A stretch of 64,000 nt of DNA from the human T2T-CHM13v2.0 reference genome, Homo sapiens: assembly GCF_009914755.1 (NCBI RefSeq), contig NC_060926.1; one strand, given 5' to 3'. Shown one piece after another: positions 56,801-64,000 of this stretch; positions within the stretch are counted from its first letter, which is position 1; the number at the start of each line of letters is the position of its first letter. The position numbers were made by a program, and so were the translations under genes. Under the pieces are notes generated by a model. That model did no database searches. It saw nothing but the letters and a program-made list of their open reading frames with translations, and was not told the DNA's origin.

Positions 56801-58994
56801 GCAAACTCTTTCAGGATTGCTAGTTGACTGGAACTAAAGATAAGACTTGACTGCAATCCCCCAATGTGCTCTTTACAAAACTAGTGTTAATTTTCATCAA
56901 AGTGCCAGGCTTATTTATAGTGGCAAGGTTGAAGGTTTACTACAAGAACTTTAGGTCCTTTCTGTTAAAGTGTTTATAGGTATTTCTCTTGCCTTTTTTC
57001 AAGGTAATTATCAACTTCAGCAAATAAACTGAATCAGGGAGTGAATAATTGGCCCTATATATAAAAAAGAGTTTTTTAAACTAACAAAACAGCTCAGTGC
57101 AGATGGACATAAACAGAATCTCTTTATTTCAACACTTTGGCTCAAATGCAGCATCAAAACTTAATCCTATTTGTTACAAGAGGATATGGCTTTTGTAGCA
57201 AAAGTACACTGGAATCTTTAAATTAATCAGAACCCACATTGTAGTTTGTCCAAGCCAAAGTCAGTGCAGTTAGGCTTGAACATGCGAATGTGAATCTTGA
57301 TCAATTTTAAATGTAATATTACATTTTTTAAAAAAGATAAAAATAGTTTACTTAATTTCTCAAATTAGCATTCAAATATATATGTATATGTATACATATG
57401 TATGAGTTTGTGTACATATATATTATATAATTTATTCCCATTATGAGAAAACAAACGTGAAGTAAAAGTATAGTTTGCTAATGTAAAATCTATTCACTGC
57501 ACATTGCTATTTCCTGTACAGTTGACTAATATTTTGTAGACAGATACTAATGTAGCACTGTAATGACAGATTTAATATTTTAAAAACCTATAAATTTATG
57601 CTGGGATATTTTAAATTCTAATGTCATTTAAATTTGACTCTGAAATGATGAAAATTACCTAAATATTCTTAATTTTTAAATGATTTCATTACAGTTATAG
57701 AAAATGTCATTACTGAGCTAGGGAAAAGTTAAGATATTTTAAATTACTCAATACTTCAAAGGTTAAAATTTTCTTTAATGTCCTCTCTTATCCATTTTGT
57801 TAAAGTCCTAATTTTTTCAATATTAATGAAATCTTGGTATTTTTAATTACTAATTAAAGCCTTAAAAGCAACTGGTCAAGTTCAGAGAAGGAATAATTAA
57901 GAAAATTATATGTGTTGTTAAAATTTATGTTTTCTTGGTTTAATTTTTTTAATATAATTTTCAATTTAATTCTATTTTTGAAAATGTATTCAATTGTAAA
58001 GCTGTTAGCAAAATGGTTTCGAAGTAAATAATTATAAATCAAAGCTTATAATCAGAATGATTTCTTGAGGTTGGAAGTGAAAAAAATTAACATTCATTAA
58101 ACTAGTAATCTTAATATAAAATTTAGTCTCAAATCTATTACACATTTAGGTTTTTTTCTGAAATAATATTTCTAGAATTATAGTTACCTGAAATTAGACT
58201 AGATGACCTTTAAGATCTTTCCAACCTGGAGAGCCTATTAATTTACCTGCTGAATAAGACTGATTTAAGAACAAGAACCAGATTAAAAAATTTTCCAGCA
58301 TTCCTCTCCTCAGTTGCATTTAAATCCAAAGAATAAAATTGTGATATATATGGCTGCTCTTCAATTTTGCTGTTTATTATTTTTTAAATTATTATATTCA
58401 AAGAAACCCTTTCCAAATAGTTTCTGTATTCATCTCCATGCTATAGAATATTTCATTTTTAAAATAAAAATGTAATAGTGATCAGTTATTTAAAGTATTT
58501 GTGTGGTTTTATATCGAATGTGGATAATTAACATATAGCATGTTTCATATAAATATGTATGTATGTGTTAGAGCTTATAATGAAAGAAATAGTGATAAAT
58601 TGAATAAAACAGTCTAGCTTTTTGCTGCTTTTCTAACCTTTATTGCATGATGATGCATCTAATTTTTAATTTGTAAATACAAGATAGAATTCCCTCTAGC
58701 ACCATTTGCTTTCATAAAGCTGCTGAGCAGTTTGCTGTCTTGAATAAATTTTGCTTTGGAGGGGGTCGGGGGGGATTTGAACCAGCACATTCTTGTGTGG
58801 TTTGTGAAGATTCACATGGTAACCAGCGGTGTGCATTGTTAGGTTTATCTGAATAAGCACCAGCCATGTGAGTTTTAACATGATTGCCCAGGGCAATGGA
58901 GAGAGAAGAGAGAAACCCAAAAGGATTGCACTTCTCTCTGTTTTTTGGAAAGTGCATTTGCTGGGGGAGGGGGCTGCAGGAGTCAGTGGCCATG

Positions 58995-58998
<4 letters not shown>

Positions 58999-59048
<50 letters not shown>
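58999..59048. repeat. Uninterrupted T50 homopolymer
   Basis: Read directly; no adjoining Alu or L1 body. Confidence 0.97.
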
Positions 59049-59051
<3 letters not shown>

Positions 59052-60069
59052 CTGGTGTCCTGTTTCCCTCTAGGTCCTCATTTGTTCTGCTATCTGCCTC
59101 ATCATCTACTTCTTCTTTTCATTGTTTACCTTCCTAATGAGGGAGGCGGGGTAGACTGGGGGTTGATTGACAGCTACAAGCCCTTACAGTCTGGCCAGAG
59201 AGCAGTTGGCTTTGGTTTCAAAAGTGTTTTAAATGTTCGATTTGGTCCTGTTTCTATTAAATGAAACTGCTGCTCATCTTAAGGAAATCATCAGACCAGC
59301 AAAGATTAGGAAATATATTATTGGGGTCTAAAACCTTCAAAAAAAAAAAAAAAAAACGCCCCCCATCCATGGAAAGAGCACTGCCCATCGGGTTTTCCAA
59401 CCTTTAACATAGGGTTTCAGAAAGAAATATGTAATTTTTCCTTTGCAAAAGTGCTTTGATTTGAAACCACCCAGCAAACGTCTCCAAAAGAAAACTGGCT
59501 GTGATGCGATCGAGAGCTGCAGTGTAATATTGCAGAGCAAATTTATTTTTTACTTCAAAGAAAAATGCTAATTAGCCGATTCACTACTTTTAAAGTTATT
59601 GTGAAGCATATGGCGCCCAGTGTGAGATACATCCAACTGCTAAAATAGAGCGAAGAGGAAATTAGCGAAGAATGGGCTGTTTGGGGTGAGAGTGGGGGTG
59701 GGGGAGGAGGATAGGTTCTCAGGCAGATTCTCTAGCCTTTTCAGAATGATTTTATCGCCCATCACTGTTTCCCGCCTCCTCATTTACCCACTTCCCCCAC
59801 TACCAACCCCTGGGCCAACCTCTTCTGGGCCTCTAGCTCCCCTCCCCCACTTTGGCTGGATTCAGGTGCGCACCTCAGGCTAGCCACCAGTTCACACCTG
59901 GTTCTAAGCAGGTTCCAACACTGCTGCAGCCATCTCCATTCACAGGACCTGTTTAGGAAGTAGACTTTTAGCGAGGAAGCCTTCACCACAACAGCCAAAC
60001 TCCCCAGAAAACACTAGCTAGTGGCTCTATAATGTGGTTTGCTGAGAAATATAAGGAAACTGGAAAAGG

Positions 60070-60430
60070 CGGGAAGGGGAGGGCGGGGGGCCGGGTGTTC
60101 GGAGGCCCTGCCGGTGGGTAACTAGCCTCCCGTCTTCTGCAGACTGGCAGAAGACCGAGGCCCAGAAGCGACGCGAACAGCTTCTGCTAGATGAGCTGGT
60201 GGCCCTGGTGAACAAGCGCGATGCGCTCGTCAGGGACCTGGACGCGCAGGAGAAGCAGTGAGTGGGCAGTGGGGTCGGGTCGAGGCTGGGCCACCTGCCG
60301 AGGGGCCGAGAAGTGTGCGGAAAGTTCAATCCAGAGGTCGCGGGAGGGCCGGGGCAGCCTCCCACTGGCCTGGTGCTCCCCATTCCCGCTGGGGATCCAA
60401 ATACTGGGCGACGGGGGAGTGCTGCTCTGC
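60070..60430. promoter_or_regulatory. Small intragenic CpG-rich island over the penultimate exon and last intron
   Basis: Abrupt rise in GC and CpG (cgacgcg, gcgcgatgcgctcg, gacgcgc) against an AT-rich background. Confidence 0.75.
60143..60257 (+). CDS. EHBP1: EHBP1 coding exon, 115 nt (bMERB): DWQKTEAQKRREQLLLDELVALVNKRDALVRDLDAQEK
   Basis: ctgcag| acceptor and CA|gtgagt donor; bMERB motif KT..RE..LL.ELV.LVN.RD.LV; phase 1 to 2. Confidence 0.96.
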
Positions 60431-60486
60431 CCTCCACGAAGAAAAATAATTTTGTTTCCTGTTTGTCCTGTTTGTCTGACATCCAG

Positions 60487-60577
60487 GGCCGAAGAAGAAG
60501 ATGAGCATTTGGAGCGAACTCTGGAGCAAAACAAAGGCAAGATGGCCAAGAAAGAGGAGAAATGTGTTCTTCAGTAG
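60487..60577 (+). CDS. EHBP1: EHBP1 final coding exon: QAEEEDEHLERTLEQNKGKMAKKEEKCVLQ*, ending in a CaaX prenylation box
   Basis: atccag| acceptor; TAG at 60575-60577; the C-terminal CVLQ matches EHBP1's known CaaX. Confidence 0.96.
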
Positions 60578-61562
60578 CCATCAGATCAGAAAGAATCTCT
60601 CCCAACATTTTAGAGTCTTGCTTCCCAAACCAGAAAAAGTCAGACTCATTGTTGATTTAAAACTTTTAACATTTTGTTTGGCTGGATTGTACTACTTTAC
60701 CTCTACTTTACCACCACCACCCTTTTCCTCCCTCCTTTCCAAATAATATACAGAACTCCAAAATAGCTTCATTTAAGGATTTTTTTGTGAGTTAACAATT
60801 TCCTTGAAATCCTGTGAAATAGATTTGCACAGACACCTTGTGAGTGATTGGTATTGGAGGTGTTCAAGAAACTGTTCGAAAAAGAACAAAAACACTTCCC
60901 TCGTTATTTTCTCTCATTTTTTGATGAGAGGAAAATTTGAAACATTATTCTTGTTGTTGTTGGTAATAGCATAATGACAGTGGGAGGGGTACAAGGGGAT
61001 AAGAAAAATGTCATGATTTTTTTCCGGTCCTGCCACATGTAACACTTACTCTGTTACCTAAATTTTATAGTTAGATCATATCCAATCTACTTATTAAACT
61101 GTGTTCTATTTACCAGTGGAGTTTTTCTGCAGTGGTTGCGTTTCACTGTAAGGATAATGGAGTTCCTCTCCTCTGCTTTCCTCAGAGGATGGTCCTTTAA
61201 CATAGCCAGAAACAAGCCCTGTGGTTTGAAGGTGAGCTGTGAGGATGGGACTAATTGATATGCACCAGTTTACAAAGACAGTCTTATCATCCGAGAATAC
61301 ACCATCTTTTTCTCTGGATAATTATTTCTTACATCATGCTTGATTCCTACATTTTGTTGGGTCTCAACATTGGCTCACGAATGCTGTTAATATTTATTCT
61401 GTATTGATAAAAAGTCTGTCTTGCCACTACAAGTAAATCCCCCATTTAATATTTTCTTCTTTAGCATAGCACTGTCATTTTTTGTGAAAATGGTTATGTT
61501 TATTTATTACAATACTGAGTCATATATAAATTTTCAATAAAAGCAGAAACTTTCTTACCTTA
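60578..61562 (+). other. EHBP1: EHBP1 3'UTR
   Basis: AT-rich, repeat-free sequence from the stop codon to ~20 nt past AATAAA; exact cleavage site inferred. Confidence 0.8.
61536..61541 (+). terminator. Polyadenylation signal AATAAA
   Basis: Canonical hexamer with U-rich upstream sequence; a weaker ATTAAA lies at 61093-61098. Confidence 0.8.
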
Positions 61563-62379
61563 AACACGGCTGCTACTTTCTTGCAATGAAAACTTGACAT
61601 TGGCTTGAATGGAAGTTTGTCTATCCGTAAGACTTTTCATGTGGAAAATGGTCCTCTGGAACTTAGGGCAGGATACTGGGCTGCATTTGAAGCTGAATAA
61701 GTTTACACCATCCCAGAGGGGGCCCTACTGACACACGAATGCGAATTGAAAAGTAATTAGTCATATTCTTAAGCAGTATAAACTATCATGTCTTTTGTAA
61801 AGGGTCATCTCTGCTAAAGATTTGAGGAAATTTGTGATTCCACACCAATGAAAAACCAATATTTATATCTTGAATTTTCCACGTCATTACTTTGAATTGT
61901 TAGAGTTTTGAAGTCGTATTAGGGAGAGTCGTGTCTTCTGATAACCGGCAAGTCTGTAGGTACTGAAGTGAAAGGAAGAGGGTTATTGTTGGGGGGCGGG
62001 GAGAATGTATGCAGGTATGTGTGTATGAAATGAGGGAAAGAGAACTTTTAACAAGAAGTTCTAGGCTACAGAAAAAAAAAAAAAGCGATTCTATGCTAGT
62101 TTCCTTCATTCCCCCACAGGGGTGTCCAAACAAAGAAAGCTTGTTCAACAAGTCCAGAAACTTAGAGAAAAAAGTCCACTAGCATTTATACTTCAGCGTA
62201 GATCGTATGTATGTGCACACAAACAAATTTCGTTCCAAGTATGCAGCCACCTCCAGTTGCCAGTCTTTCAAAATGATAAAAACTTGCTACGGTAGAATTC
62301 CTTCATGATGAGCATTTCTTTTAAGTTATTGAAAAGTTATTTTAAGTAAATGAAGTCGGTATTTGCCCTCTTTATTCGA

Positions 62380-64000
62380 GCACGAGAGCAGAGAGAGAGC
62401 TGCTGCTCTCTGGGGAACGCTCTCAGAATCCCGTTCTAACCCCGGGAAAACTCAGCAGACAGAAATCGCCCGCCCCAAGCAGCCTGGGGCCTGGGCGGCC
62501 AACAGCACCCACCCAGTTTACGCTTGATTCGAGGAACCTTCACTCCCGAGGGGCCTCGCCGAAAAGCAGCTCCTTCGCTCCCGAAGCCGCTCCCAATCGG
62601 CCAACTGACAACCCTTCCCTCGCCCCAGATTTGCTAGGATGGTCTGGGACCGCCGGGCGGCCCCTCTACCTGCCCCTTCAGCTTTAGTCCCGAGCCTCTC
62701 GGGGTTTCAATTTGGGCTGCTCGGTGGCGCCCGAACGCCCCTCAGCGGCGGTGGAGCGTGGACTCCGGCGCCTGGCGGGGTAAGGCCCGCGGCAAGGGCG
62801 CTGCATCCGGACATCGCTGCGTGGTGCCCAGACGCTGGCTCCCGAGAACGGGCACGAGCCCAGCACGCCGGAGGACCCGGAACTCGAAAGCCCGCGCTGC
62901 GGGAAAAGAGACTATCGGTCCGAGGGTCGCAGAGGAGCAGGGGCGTTGGCAGCGGGCTTGCTTGGGCACAGTCTGCGGGCCGGAGCAGAACTTCCGCCCC
63001 TGGTCAGATCCCTCGGCCTCAGATCCAAAGCCCTCCCCTTGTCCCAAGTGTCCTCCAGAGCCTGGCCGGGCCTGGAGGTCACCTGGATGCTGGATCCTTG
63101 TCTCCACACCCAGCTCCCTCGCCCCTTCCCGGCTCGAGGGCCTTGAGCTGGACGGCTTCACCTCCTCCAGTGGTGTCCCCACTTCCCCTTCCCGCACCGC
63201 GGCCGATGCTGGAACGGTCATGGCTTCTGGCCCAGCATCTCCCACCTGGACATTTGCCTAGCGACGGCCGCCTCAATCCTCTGCGCTGCTTTCAAGAAAC
63301 TTTCATCCCAGTCTCTCTCCCTCTCCACTCTCCTCCCTCTCCCCCTCTCCTCTTTCTTTTCTTAATCCTGGGGTTTTATGGGCTGAGCGTTAAGAAAATT
63401 CGCCTGCAATTTGGGATTAGATAAATACTCTAATTAGGAAAAAAAAAATCCGTGCTACTTGATACCTCCCAACTTCCCCGAGAATGGTGGCAGCATCTGG
63501 AACCGAGAGCGCCGGCCTCCCGCGAGGCGTACCCCGGGGACCGCGCTGGCACATTCCAGAGCGCACTGCCGTCCCACCTCGCTGCGCCGGACCCAGGTCA
63601 GGTGCTGAGGCTGCAGGCGAAACAGGGCCTGGTGGAGGGAGGAATGAGTTAAGGTGGAGGAATGGGGCAAGGTCACGCGCCCCGGCACTGGAGGGCCAAC
63701 CCCGGCACACAGCGGACTGGCCGGGACTAGGGCAGCGCCGGGCTATGGACGCGGACGCCGGCGAAGCGCACCCCGGGACGTCCGCATATTCTTTCCCCCA
63801 AAACTAGTGCGCTCCAGCCGGCGCCTTTCCTCGGAACCTAAGGAAGGGGTATATTTCGTTGCTTTCTTTAAACCTCAGCACGATCACAGTGGCTCCGAGC
63901 CGCGGGCGGCTGACCGCGGGCCTCGCGGGCTACTCCTGGTAGGGGCCTGCGCGAGCCTAAGGTGTGTCCCCGCCTGGGTTAGCGCTGCGCTCTGCACTGT
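62380..64000. promoter_or_regulatory. CpG island downstream of EHBP1; OTX1 upstream regulatory region and likely antisense promoter
   Basis: Very high GC and CpG density continuing to the window end. OTX1 as the adjacent downstream gene is recalled; its exons are not in the window. Confidence 0.85.

Larger units (their letters stand above)
59049..63600 (-). ncRNA. EHBP1-AS1: Probable antisense lncRNA (EHBP1-AS1) from the CpG island; extent approximate
   Basis: Recalled locus annotation, plus strong minus-strand splice signals (see findings). Exon structure is inferred, not verified. Confidence 0.45.

Noticed and set aside
60027-60608. 193-aa minus-strand ORF
   Set aside because: Antisense shadow of GC-rich EHBP1 exons and intron; no independent coding evidence.
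60575-60620. Stop-codon readthrough past the CaaX box (TAG-CCA)
   Set aside because: The context matches neither UGA-CUAG nor UAG-CARYYA readthrough motifs.
62639-63424. 261-aa ORF and overlapping 167-aa ORFs in the CpG island
   Set aside because: Pro/Ala/Gly/Arg-rich low-complexity translations are open in several frames and on both strands, as expected from stop-codon scarcity in GC-rich DNA; no recognisable domain.

Overview
Primate (almost certainly human) genomic DNA; no prokaryotic-type system (CRISPR array, operon, phage) is present. The + strand carries the last nine coding exons of EHBP1 (EH domain-binding protein 1). I reconstructed them by hand from GT-AG sites with consistent phases (3007-3114, 5792-5916, 8606-8744, 8947-9053, 11719-11842, 52613-52712, 53821-53894, 60143-60257, 60487-60577). 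They encode the C-terminal bMERB Rab-binding domain and a CaaX box (CVLQ), followed by a ~1 kb 3'UTR with AATAAA at 61536. A 40.8 kb intron splits the bMERB domain. It has an Alu-dense core (about 24 Alu pieces in 29.8-47.7 kb) flanked by Alu-free, homeodomain-motif-rich stretches. The window ends in a CpG island that, from recalled locus knowledge, lies upstream of OTX1 and drives an antisense lncRNA (EHBP1-AS1). Best leads: a cassette exon with three TACTAAC (QKI/branch-point) motifs plus a downstream RBFOX site; two routes to a CaaX-less EHBP1 (a candidate alternative last exon at 50.9 kb, and last-intron retention); an antisense splice model whose intron skips the EHBP1 terminal exons; an L1 and an Alu inserted at the same 16-bp target site; and nested Alus sharing private mutations. 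I found no wholly new biological system that I can support from sequence alone.
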